This document shows, piece by piece, positions 52,551 through 64,000 of a DNA stretch of 64,000 bases. Under the pieces are notes generated by a model, which saw nothing but the letters and a program-made list of their open reading frames with translations, had not been told where the DNA came from and did no database searches. Position numbers and translations under genes: made by a program. The first letter of the stretch is position 1; the number at the start of each line of letters is the position of its first letter. The stretch comes from Octopus bimaculoides (Eukaryota): assembly GCF_001194135.2 (NCBI RefSeq), contig NC_068987.1:13599454-13663453 (forward strand), in the 5' to 3' direction.

Positions 52551-53514
52551 TGTGTTCTTGAGAAAAACACTTTCATCTCACATTGTTTCAATCAATCCAA
52601 TCAGCTGTAAAGGAGTTCTAGCAAAAACCAGGAAGTTAACCTTTCAATGACAGGTGCTCCTTTCAGAAAGGAGTGTTGAAACCAGGTTAAGGCTCCAGCC
52701 TTATTAGTTCTAGGGCTCCTGATAGACTTTGGCTAAGCTAAGAGATTACAAAAAGAACAACCAGTTTTGTGAGCTGATGGATATAGCATGTTGGTTAGTG
52801 AATCTTTGCCAATCAGTAAAAACATCCTTTTTAACTGGGGTTAGGCCCTACATGGCCTACAAAGAGCTAGCAAGTGATAAGGAATGGGGCTGACAAAGGA
52901 GGCTTTTGAGATACAATTTTAGTAACGTTATATTTAAAATGATCACCATGGGTAAACATCAAAATTGAAGTGACTGCCATTTCTAGCAAACACCAAGGTC
53001 TTTAATCGTGAAATGTTCAGGTGTAAGGTTGGCATGATGCAAATCTGTTCTTTTGATGTTTAGGGATGGTGCCTTGGTATTGTTCAAGTTGACTAGATTG
53101 TTAAAATACAAGTGTGATGTGAAGTGTCTGGAGTGTGTGCAGACAAACCCTCAGTGCATAGGCTTAATGAATAATAAAGGGGAGTAGAAATGTATAGATA
53201 AAAACAAAATCCTGGCAATTTTTATAACCATGTTTCCTCAGTAGCTCTAGTAAATTTTTATGTCTCAAATTATACACGTCATTTAAAAATTCATTCAACA
53301 AACCATCACCATAAGGGCTATGGGAAAAGGGAAGTTGAAAACAGTTACAGTGAACTTTAGTTTCACAAATGAAAATTAAATTTTAAAATTTCCTTTTTTT
53401 TTTTTTTTTTTTAATATGCTATTAATTTTGACTCCTAGCAACCCAACATGCAAGAGAGCTCTGATGTGTCTCTCTGCCAACCCTCAAATATATTTTCATT
53501 TTTATTGCCTACTA

Positions 53515-53755
53515 AAGGCAGTGAGCCAGCAGGATCATTACAGCTTCAAGAGTGGGGTAGGGGTATGCTTTGTGGCATTTGTTCTGGATCATATCATTCT
53601 GAGTTCAAATCCCACTATGATCAAATGTGTCCGTCAGCCCTCCAGGGTTGATAAATTCAAGCACCTGTCAAGTACTGGGAGTCAATAGCACCAACTAGTC
53701 CCATTCCCCTCAAAATTGCTAACCTTGTACCTAAATCAGAAACCATTATTATTGT
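53515..53755 (+). mobile_element. SINE family B, diverged
   Basis: ttctgagttcaaatccc...gccctccagggttgataaattcaagcacc...ccttgtacctaaatcagaaac. Confidence 0.7.
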
Positions 53756-54210
53756 TTACTAAAAACACAGAAGCAGTTGAAATATTAAACAGGGTCTGGA
53801 TGCTGCCTTTTCTAAATGTATACATACCATACACCTTTAAAATAATCTCTAGCTCATTTGTACTCTATTCAGTAAGGTTAAATAAATCTAGAGTAAACTG
53901 TGAAAAGAATTAGGAATTTCATGATGCTAATTTCAATTGAATTCATATCTATGATCTTTGGCATTAAATTAAAATCCAACTTAAGACTGCTCAACTGCAA
54001 ACCAATAGGTCTGGCAAAATAATTTGTGGTTAAGTGACCAAGATAATTTGGTGATGGTGGGACCTACCTACTGCTCACAATTATGTCAAGAAAAAGGTGA
54101 TGAAAAAAGACTTGTACAACATTGTCACCTTCAAAAATGAAATAGTTTAACCCTTTCCTGACATTCATTTCTAATTACACTGGTTATGTATTTGAATTAG
54201 CTTTTAAAAT

Positions 54211-54584
54211 AGGCACAGGTATGGCTGGGAAATTAAGAGGTTTGGTTTGCAACTTCATGGTCTGTGATTCAGTCCTACTGTGTAGCACCTTGGGTTAAGT
54301 GTCTTCTATTATAGCCCAGGGTTGACCACTGCTCTGTGAGTGAATTTAGTAGACAGAAACTGCTGAAACTTGTTGCATGTAGGTGTGTGTGATTTTGTGT
54401 TTGTCCCCTTGACAATTTGTGTTAGATTGTTCACGTTCTCATGACTTAACAGTTCAGCAACAGAAACTGATAAAATAAGTACCAGGCTGTAAAAGAAAAA
54501 GTATTAGTGTTGAACTGTTTGGCTAAACCCTTCACGGTGGTGTGCCAGCATAGCTGCAGTCCAATGATTCTAACATGTAAAAGG
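54211..54584 (+). mobile_element. SINE family A, older full-length copy
   Basis: Head, CORE, body and ggtggtgtgccagcatagctgcagtcc tail. Confidence 0.8.
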
Positions 54585-55475
54585 TAAATAATTGAAAATT
54601 TGGGGGCAGTTAGTAAAATAACTACACTTTTGAATTATTAAATTGATATTTGGAACTTAAGAAAATACTCCCATATAAAATTTGGATAGTTTTAACTTAG
54701 GAATGCTATGGAATGAGTAGAACAAGAAGTAGTCTCTTAGGCAGATTGATATCAAACCAATAAACTCAGAATATTTATATGTAGCCAAAGAAGGATTAAT
54801 ATCTCACTATTCTGATTCAATATTACCAATGATTGAACAGCTGTTACAGATAAAAAGGAAAATAGTCAATAGATATAAAACATTATAGTAAACTATTGGG
54901 ATCGTTTCTACGCAAAGCTTCAATAAAATTGTTGTTTCATGTCCATAAATGAGAATTTCAAAGAAAACTAAATAGAATAATGTAGTTAAATTTATTTGAA
55001 AATTAATCATTACTTTGTTTAAAGGAATAGTTAACATCAAATAATTTACATCAAGAGAGACAGAGCAGACAGGAGATAACATTTATTTGAATAATAAATA
55101 ATGATAATTATCTCTTCAACTACGATTACATCATTTTAGACTGAGGCTGTCATAAAGGTTAGGTCACTGTACCCTGAAAACTTTGATATCTTGCAAGCAT
55201 TAGAAGCAGAATTAATCCTAACTAGCAATCATGAACATAGCTGGTGAAACTTGTAACTGGCGTTCAAAAGAAAATGAACAAGCATAGATACAATGATCAT
55301 TTACAAAGAAAAATTTCTGCTTTTATTTCCTACACTGTAAGCAAAAGGAAAGCTATGATGCTCTGAAGTGCCAGACATGCCAAGTAGAAAAGTTAAGCCT
55401 TCATTTTGAATTGCTTTGTAGAATTAAATTACAACTTCTTTACATAAAACAATCATGCTATTTATACATGTTTAA

Positions 55476-55696
55476 CCCCTTAGCATTTAAACCAGCCATA
55501 TCCAGCCAAAATATTCTGCCTGTTTTAAGTTCAAACTGGCCGGATCCAGCCTCTCATACCTATCCTACAATGTTATTCTAAGAATAAAACAATCTCATCA
55601 TTGAGATCTCAAAGCTATGAAATAATGCATGATCAATTCAAAACAATTTGAATAAATATGCATCGATTTTGACAGAATAATATGAATACTAAAAGG
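55476..55696. mobile_element. piggyBac-like MITE
   Basis: TTAA on both sides (55472-55475, 55697-55700). Imperfect TIRs ccccttagcatt / ccttttagtatt (9/12). Confidence 0.6.
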
Positions 55697-55714
55697 TTAA
55701 TCATTGTTGTCATT

Positions 55715-55935
55715 GTTGCCACCATTGTCATCATTATTGTCTTAATGTTTATATTTCCACACTTACAAGGTCCAGATGAAATTCGTTGGGGCAGATTTTA
55801 TACAGCCAGGTACTTTTCCTGTTGCCAACATTTCCACTGTTTCCAAGCAAGGTAATATTGCCCCCAAGTCCTCTGAACATGAACAGTAGAATAACTGGAC
55901 ATATATTTCCAGAAAATTGCAAGCAAATGACACTG
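55715..55935 (-). mobile_element. Family C-related copy
   Basis: ttttatacagccagg...gttgccaac...ctgtttccaagcaaggtaatatt. Confidence 0.65.
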
Positions 55936-56019
55936 CTTGTTCGACTGTGGGTTTTGTTTACAAATACAGCACAATTTAAGAACAAGGATATGCGCACACA
56001 TGCGTGCGCACACACACAC

Positions 56020-56196
56020 ACACACACGCACAAACACACATAATTTCTTATATTTCTGTCCACCAAACCCACTCACAAGGCTTTGGTTAGTCCGGGGCTA
56101 TAGCAGATGGCACTTGCTCAAAATATCAGAGGTACTAAACACTATTACATGGCTGGGGAACCAAACTTTTTAACTGTGTAACCATGCCTGTACCCT
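56020..56196 (-). mobile_element. SINE family A 5' part, diverged
   Basis: ccaccaaacccactcacaaggctttgg...cacttgctcaaa. Confidence 0.7.
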
Positions 56197-57914
56197 GATG
56201 TAATAAAACAATATTTAACATATTTATGAAAACTGGAGAAACACTGAAAAAAAGGGTTGANNNNNNNNNNNNNNNNNNNNNNNNNNNNNNNNNNNNNNNN
56301 NNNNNNNNNNNNNNNNNNNNNNNNNNNNNNNNNNNNNNNNNNNNNNNNNNNNNNNNNNNNNNNNNNNNNNNNNNNNNNNNNNNNNNNNNNNNNNNNNNNN
56401 NNNNNNNNNNNNNNNNNNNNNNNNNNNNNNNNNNNNNNNNNNNNNNNNNNNNNNNNNNNNNNNNNNNNNNNNNNNNNNNNNNNNNNNNNNNNNNNNNNNN
56501 NNNNNNNNNNNNNNNNNNNNNNNNNNNNNNNNNNNNNNNNNNNNNNNNNNNNNNNNNNNNNNNNNNNNNNNNNNNNNNNNNNNNNNNNNNNNNNNNNNNN
56601 NNNNNNNNNNNNNNNNNNNNNNNNNNNNNNNNNNNNNNNNNNNNNNNNNNNNNNNNNNNNNNNNNNNNNNNNNNNNNNNNNNNNNNNNNNNNNNNNNNNN
56701 NNNNNNNNNNNNNNNNNNNACAATATTTAACATATTTATGAAAACTGGAGAAACACTGAAAAAAAGGGTTGAACTCAATTAAAAAAACCCAAAGTTTTGA
56801 AGCCTCCTGCAGCACAAGTTGGTTCTGTTTTCATACCAATAAAACAAAAATTCTAAATGATTGCATGAGTATTATCTATTGTTGGAGGAATATAGAAGGG
56901 AGTGGTGCTTAAGAAGGAATGGGATTCATGAGCTTGCAGCGGGGAAACAGCTACAAAAAGAAGGTTCTTCAGAAGAACAATCTTTCAAGATGAAAAATTT
57001 AGAAATTCCGGTTAAAACCCAAAGAAAAGGACACAATAGAAAATGTACATGTAATATTTTGTAGCCTCCCTAATTAGCTCAACTCTAGGATAGCATTGTA
57101 ATCTTCAGGGATTACCAGGACTTCCATGTTTCTGCAGACGTTCATCCAAACACATATTATTGCATGTAGCTTCTGTGCTCATCGCTCACCTATACAGGAG
57201 AGAGAGAGAGATAGGAAGGTGGAACATAGATGTAATATTCTGTAACCTTCCTAATTAACACATGTAACAAACAATATAGCAGAACATCACTGGAAGATAT
57301 GAACTTATACCTATATACTGCCAAGAAACAAAAGATCAAATATTCATTGAAGAAACGGGGCAGCTCATATTGTGCTATCTTGTACTTCCTCTTATCTGGC
57401 TTATTGCCACTGAAAACAAATGAGTTCGGCAGGTTTTACTGCATTTTATGACCAAAAGCAATACAACATTCTGCTTTGGCTATTTCTTTATCACTGCTAC
57501 TTAACAGATAACAGATGAACTTCCTCCTTTCTTTTGTGTGTCTGTATGTGAGAGAGAAATTAAAATGTAAAATGGTCTAAAGTATAGCCAAATCTTACTC
57601 ATGATAAAACAGCATCAAATGCATTAGAAGCCAATATTTTGTTCTTGTTGTTGCTCTTTTTAACCATGTAAAAGAAAACAAAGGTGATATATAACAATGT
57701 AACTTAATTAGACACATTCAAGGCCACAAATTCATAGAAATAAAAATAAGGTGGCACTGGCATCAACCATGCTCGAATGGTGCATTTTTAAATGCCACCA
57801 GCACAGGAGCCAGTCAGGCAGCACTGCACAGGAGCCAGTCAGTGGATATAATTAAGCAAGCAATATCAACTTTTCTCAGTACAGATCTGGAGAAGGTTGA
57901 CCAAAATGTCTAAG

Positions 57915-58702
57915 ACATGCCACTAACAATAGTGTTCGCAGTAGAATAAATAAGACAAGTACAGATATCTAAGAACAGCTTATTTAAAATCAAAATCAAT
58001 GAAATTCACAACACCAACNNNNNNNNNNNNNNNNNNNNNNNNNNNNNNNNNNNNNNNNNNNNNNNNNNNNNNNNNNNNNNNNNNNNNNNNNNNNNNNNNN
58101 NNNNNNNNNNNNNNNNNNNNNNNNNNNNNNNNNNNNNNNNNNNNNNNNNNNNNNNNNNNNNNNNNNNNNNNNNNNNNNNNNNNNNNNNNNNNNNNNNNNN
58201 NNNNNNNNNNNNNNNNNNNNNNNNNNNNNNNNNNNNNNNNNNNNNNNNNNNNNNNNNNNNNNNNNNNNNTATCTAAGAACAGCTTATTTAAAATCAAAAT
58301 CAATGAAATTCACAACACCAACAAGGAGGCCCTATTGTTCAAACATGAGATGTATTAATGAGGAAGAGTTTTGATTAAAGTATTTTGCAAATCTTTAGAC
58401 AGTATCACTACTGAAGTTGTTGTACTACAATAAACTTAAAAATTGGCTGACAATAACACATAAAAAAAAAAAAATCATTGCCCTATACTACAGATGGCAC
58501 CCATGCTCAAAGGGGCAAGAAAAATGGGTGTTAAAATTGATGGGAACATAACAACTCAGTAATGTTACTGATGCATTTTGAAAATTTAGTTGCCAAGAAA
58601 TGTTTCACCTGTTTTAAATGAAACAGTGAAGCCAGTAAAAAATATATCAGCATTATCAAAGCTAATGCTAAATATGAGCATCTCTTTAAACAGTTTTGTG
58701 AG
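57915..58702 (+). mobile_element. hAT (Charlie/Buster, ZBED5-like) transposase remnant
   Basis: Frameshifted blocks TNNSVRSRI..DI*EQLI, EALL, VFCKSLD, TTDG..KKNGC, HFENLVAKK, IIKANAKYEHLFKQFCE occur in the expected hAT order. Confidence 0.7.
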
Positions 58703-59654
58703 TGTCAAGACGAAACCCAAGGATGAGGGGTTAGTTAAGGCTATTTTTAAAATAAAAGGAATCGTGATGGGGCTCTGTGATGAGACAAAAATTAAATGCC
58801 CACGTTCAGCTGGTTTTGGAGAGACAGGATAATTCGTAACCGTTCTCACCTTAATGTTTAGTAGAATGTAGTTTGGTGCTTTAAGTGACTTGCTAGAAGG
58901 GGGGGGGGGGTACAATTCAATTAGATATCACAAAATAAGGAGATTTAAGACAGAAGCTAAGCACTTGAAATCAAAACTATTTATAATAAACATCAAGCTG
59001 AAGAATCTCACTAGCCTGAGATGATCAAATTTTGAATTTGTTATATTTTTTCACCAAATATTACTTGAAAACCAACTTGAAAACAAATAGGAATTGATGC
59101 AACATACTGCTTCAAGAAGCTTCACTTAATCCATCATAGTATGGAAGAAGCAGGCATAAAATCAACAAAGATGGTCAGTGAGGAGAGGGGCTATTATACA
59201 TGATTGTGTGTAAAAAAAAAAAAAGTTAATCAGTAAAAAAAAAAAAAAAAAATTAATGCCTTCAAGGAAAAAATTAATTATGGTGTTTGCTCTGTCCAAG
59301 TTGCATAGAGATTCCCTTCTCACTCTCATTAACAGAAATATTTTAAGTTTATGATTGGCTCCTTGAAAACTAGTTGCCAATGATGTTTTAATTCACAGAA
59401 TGAAAAATGAAAAATCAATAAATGTCACAAAGTTAAGTTTGTTTACTTCTTGTTCATTTCTTTTTTTTTATGGTTAATTAATATAGATCAATATATTTCA
59501 TTTTGTTATAATAAATCTGATTATTAAAGATTTACATCATAGACATGCTATCCTGCAATATTTTTGAAAGACAAGCTGAAATTAAAAAAACAACAACAAA
59601 TTGACAAGTTGCAGAGTACAAATTATGAAAACATAAGTTTGTTATTAAACTTAC

Positions 59655-59756
59655 TCTAGTGTTATTTCGTTCTGCTTTCAATTCTGATATTTCTTCCTCC
59701 CTTTCTAATAGCTGTTCTCGAGCAGCACTCAATTCTTTAGTAATAGTAGCAAATTC
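59655..59756 (-). CDS. PPFIA: Liprin-alpha internal coding exon (102 nt, phase 0/0): [34 protein letters not shown]
   Basis: Translation is nearly identical to the remembered vertebrate liprin-alpha N-terminal coiled coil ([34 protein letters not shown]). Acceptor ttgcattttcag, donor AGA|gtaagt. Confidence 0.95.
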
Positions 59757-60142
59757 CTGAAAATGCAAGAAAGATTCCATCAGTGAATTTCAATTTCCAT
59801 ATTTTTAAAATAATTGAAATGATTATGATTAAAACATTCACAAAAACTATGTATAAGCAAAGAGGAAAACTGTTTTGTAGAAACATTGCCATCAATGCCA
59901 CAAAAGAAACAAACATTGACAATATAAGAGGAGAATGTTGATAAACAATACTAAATTATTTCTATAATTTTCTCCTATCTGTTTTAATGAAGCAAAAACA
60001 AAAACGAAAAATTATATCAAAACAACTAATAAAAGTTCCATTAGGTTAATTACATCTAATATGATTTTTCAATTAATACAATTAATATATTTATAACAAT
60101 ATAAATATACTGGCAGTAAAAATGTGCATGCATGCATACACA

Positions 60143-60175
<33 letters not shown>

Positions 60176-61970
60176 CTATATCCAGCTCGCACAGATGTAC
60201 CCTTACCATACACATACCATTAAGTAGCATCTTTTAAAACACAGAAAATCAGTTTACTTCATGTAAGAAAATTTGGAATGAGCATAGATTCATTTATAAA
60301 ATGTTGAACTTAACAGTTGTTTCTAGAAATATTAGGATGGTAACAGAATTTTAAAATTCATAAAAATTATTTTATGAATTTAAAACCTGGAAAAAGAAAC
60401 TCCTTGCCTACTGGTATGAGACAAATACCATTATGTGATGAAGGGTAAATTAACACCTATCAAGGGAAGAAATCTTTTTATAGTGCTATTTTACTCTTCA
60501 TTGACCTATACACAAAAACTGAAGCATTTCACATTTGAATCTATTATGCTGAAGTAGATATTCACTTTACAAATGCAGGTATCTCTTATAAGTTGCTTGA
60601 TCTGTGAGAAATAACCAAATCTTACATAAATCACATAATAACATCTTTAAAATGGAAAGACATTAGATAAAGTAATCCTAGATACACTATGCATGAAAGG
60701 AAAATAAAAGGATCATGGCTATAGGTGTACTGGATCAGGCTGACCTAGGTTTAAACAATATCAGAGCCAACAGATATTTGGACAGTGAAACCAATGAATG
60801 CACAAGATAGGATGCTAGGAGACAGAAGGCAGATTTGTAATGATCAAGCTATGATATAAAATGACTAATATAAAATGAACTTGTAGCTAATGACAACCAA
60901 GGTACACTAGAAGAAAACAATGAAAGCATTAATGAAGTGGATAAGAGTCCTCACTTTCAATTTAGAGTTTGCATTTCACAGGAAGTGCCAGCACTATATT
61001 CTAGGACAAGAAACTTAAGCCATCTTACCTAATTTAGTAATTATCATTCACTCTTAAGCTTTTACATGCTAGAATAATTTGTGCAAAATCTACAAATGCA
61101 CACGTGTTCTCAGAGCAGATGTTCTAAGACAGGAACTTAGCTACTTCATTATCAAGACTTGCTTGTTTGACTGAACCCAATAGAATACACTGCACATGTG
61201 CAAACAAGCTTAACCATTTAGCTATGCGTAAAATTAGAACCACAAAATAATATTACTTTGGTGCTAAAGAAAAGAATATGCAATTTAGGCACAGAAAATT
61301 TTAATATATGCATTTGAAGATCCTCTGCTGTTGAAATGACATTTCGAAGCTTATGTTCACTCACTGATGCTAACTAATCTAGTGTTGTACATGGCTATCA
61401 ATACCACAATATTGTATACTTCATTAGAATCACATAAAACCTTTTACACTAAGCACCGACAAATGAAGTCTTACAACTTAGTATTTTAACTAGCTTTGAA
61501 ATACATTTATAAAAACAAACAAATAAAACAAACCCAATATTTACAATTCGCTCATGATCCGTTCAATTTATCAATATCTAGCTTTTAAAGGAAAATAAAT
61601 ATATATTTAGGTGTAATTCTGTTGATAAAATATCAAAGTTGGAAGGAAGACATACATGTATGAACATAAGTTTCACAATCTTTACATTGGATGTTTAAAG
61701 ACACAACTCTAAATCATATGGCTTCATTAACCCCTTTCAGTATATGTTTTAATATCAGATATCTTAGATGCCTTTACTTGTTTTATTCTGCTGATTGGTT
61801 ATGTAACATATGACAAGCAAAATCAATTCTTTTAGTTCACTCAGGCTTAAAAATATATAACAAACTACTCATACCAAGAACCATTGTCTACAGCTAAAAG
61901 AAAGCCATGATAACAAAATCTACTTCCAATACCTATTCCACTCAATCAATAGCTAATCATTTTAAACTAC

Positions 61971-62148
<178 letters not shown>

Positions 62149-62164
62149 CAAATTACTGAAGTCA

Positions 62165-62449
62165 AACAAAGTAGTGCCACTGGACTGGCTCCCGCGCAGG
62201 TGGCACATAAAATACACCATTTTGAGCGTGGCCATTGCCAGTACCGCCTGACTGGCCTTCGTACCGGTGGCACGTAAAAGCACCCACTACACTCTCGGAG
62301 TGGTTGGCGTTAGGAAGGGCATCCAGCTGTAGAAACTCTGACAAATCAGATTGGAGCCTGGTGTAGCCATCTGGTTCACCAGTCCTCAGTCAAATCGTCC
62401 AACCCATGCTAGCATGGAAAGCGGACGTTAAACAATGATGATGATGATG
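62165..62449 (+). mobile_element. Family C, young copy
   Basis: Near-identical to 11470-11718. Confidence 0.9.
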
Positions 62450-63024
62450 TACATTTGAGATTGTTGCACAAAAGATAAAAAGTGGATTTCATCTCTTACA
62501 CAAATTCTTCCTTGGTTAAGGCATATCGAAATTTTGCCTAAGAAACGAAATTCCCTTTTTATCTTTTGCACAATTATCTGAAACCTGCATATTAAATGCA
62601 TTGAAAATATTCCTACTTGGTTTAACACCATTATCATATACATTATATGACAACAATACAAACTAACCAGCCCTAACTCCATTCATACTGGTACTGTAAC
62701 TAGGATTTGGAGTGGTGTGTTCTTTTTGATTTGAGTTGGAAATTCTGGTAATATGAATAGCTTCTAAGCATCTGTTTGTTATTCCCTCACCTGTCTCAAT
62801 CTTTTGTTTTCTATATATTTGAACCATATCTATAGATGTTAAACATCTCATGTATTTGTCTCTATTTTCCATTATCCTTATGTTCTCCAAAACACATCTC
62901 ACTTCTCCTTGGAATTATCACCATGCAAGTGTGAATACTAATTTCTTAGGCACTTATGTGACATTTGGCTACCCTGTAACTGTTCCTCTGGATCTTTCCT
63001 AGTAAACTGAACATATATATATAT

Positions 63025-63175
63025 GGTTGGCGTTAGGAAGGGCATCCAGCTGTAGAAACTCTGCCAAATTAGATTGGAGCCTGGTGTTGCCATCCGGTTT
63101 CACCAGTCCTCAATCAAATCGCCCAACCCATGCTAGCATGGAAAGCGGACGTTAAACGACGACGATGATGATGAT
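63025..63175 (+). mobile_element. Family C, young 5'-truncated copy
   Basis: Starts ggttggcgttaggaaggg, ends gacgacgatgatgatg. Confidence 0.9.
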
Positions 63176-63429
63176 ATATATATATGAATATTTCCTTTTA
63201 GTTTTGTAAGTAAAAGGAACAAATTTTATTTTCATAAAAAAAAAAAAAATCATTAATTAGACAACACATATTTCACAGGTATTGCTTGAAATGATTTTCC
63301 GAAATTGTTTAACTGTTCCAGTTTCACAATGCAGACATGTCACAGCTTTCAATATCATAACATAGTGTTAACTATTTATTGAGCACATTGTGTTATAATT
63401 CCTCAGATCAGATCTGGATATGTTGCGTT

Positions 63430-63430
<1 letters not shown>

Positions 63431-63503
<73 letters not shown>
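63431..63503. repeat. Long (TG)n microsatellite
   Basis: Seen directly. Confidence 0.95.
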
Positions 63504-63512
<9 letters not shown>

Positions 63513-63659
63513 TGAGAAAGAGGAGGTGGATAGAGGAAGAGTGGGAGTGAGTGAAACACCTCTTTTAAACATGTATTATAAACATAACCCATATTCTAGT
63601 TATCTTTTCTATCAACATTTCTTTCATATCCATTTAAATGAGTTCCAACTATTTTGTTG

Positions 63660-64000
63660 AAATTTAGGAAACTATTTTCCTAAATTAATCATCAATGTTT
63701 CTAAGACTGTCATAGTCTCATCTTCAGGATGAAGTGAAATTGGTGACTGTTGCTGCCTCTAGGCAGGTCTAAGGTAATTTGTGCAAACAAAATGATTAGC
63801 ATTTATATTTTGTTAGATTTGAGTCCATAGTCAAGTGTTGTTTATTTTGGTTTGTGAAACAGTGCATCTTGCCTATGATCTCCACCTACCATAGCATTTT
63901 GTTGGCTGTGTTATGAACATTACTTCCATCACAAAACATCTAGTTTTGTGGAGGGATTCTGTAGAGCATCAAGTTGTTATCTACTAATGTTTTCCTCTGC
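63660..64000 (-). mobile_element. Penelope-like element 3' remnant
   Basis: Contains the hammerhead motif. Upstream RQDALFHKPK*TTLDYGLKS weakly resembles the PLE ORF end (EALxIxxxKPxLNxDxGL). Confidence 0.5.
63689..63732 (-). ncRNA. Penelope-type minimal hammerhead ribozyme, probably decayed
   Basis: ucauc-CUGAAGA-UGAGAC[UAUGACA]GUCUUA-GAAA-CAUU-gauga. Core motifs, a 6-bp stem II and a 5-bp stem I are present. GAAACAUU looks like a CpG-decayed GAAACGUU. Confidence 0.6.

Noticed and set aside
56209-56772. 52-nt direct repeat flanking the 56261-56720 gap (similar cases at 57966-58322 and 50232-50315)
   Set aside because: Identical sequence on both sides of an N run indicates unmerged contig overlaps. 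hAT and maT homology continue straight across, so these are assembly artefacts and the intron sizes are overestimates.
58586-58915. 109-aa minus-strand ORF
   Set aside because: Antisense to the decayed hAT fragment and adjacent repeat-like DNA; no recognisable domain.
58998-59030. CTGAAGA followed by a perfect 6-bp stem (atctca/tgagat)
   Set aside because: Followed by GATC rather than GAAA, with no stems I or III; not supportable as a hammerhead.

Overview
Eukaryotic, very AT-rich, microsatellite- and SINE-dense genomic DNA with 15 N-gaps. The repeat families and style suggest an octopod cephalopod (probably Octopus); this is inference from remembered repeat consensus, not a search. The window lies inside one large minus-strand gene encoding liprin-alpha (PPFIA / C. 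elegans SYD-2), a presynaptic active-zone scaffold. Three phase-0 exons, none fully captured by the ORF track, splice in frame: 59756-59655 ([34 protein letters not shown]), 41421-41257 ([55 protein letters not shown]) and 13265-13191 (VRERLRVSLERVAVLEEELSNANQE). They are separated by introns of 18,233 and 27,991 nt, gaps included. The rest is intron filled with three retroposon families (tRNA/CORE-type SINE, Meta-type SINE, GAT-tailed RTE-like repeat), decayed mariner, maT, hAT, RTE and Penelope-like remnants, and MITEs. The most interesting unexplained signals: (i) a CpG-retaining promoter-like segment at 27.4-27.9 kb followed by a candidate first exon (MTHNSSFSISS) that splices in frame to the third exon, predicting an N-truncated liprin-alpha; (ii) candidate microexon and poison exons (21, 10 and 40 nt); (iii) Penelope-type hammerhead ribozyme motifs on the gene's sense strand, one inside a 44-bp hairpin; (iv) inverted SINE pairs able to form long dsRNA in the pre-mRNA. 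No prokaryotic features, CRISPR arrays, rRNA or intact tRNA genes were seen. I found nothing that is demonstrably a wholly new system; all candidates need RNA evidence.
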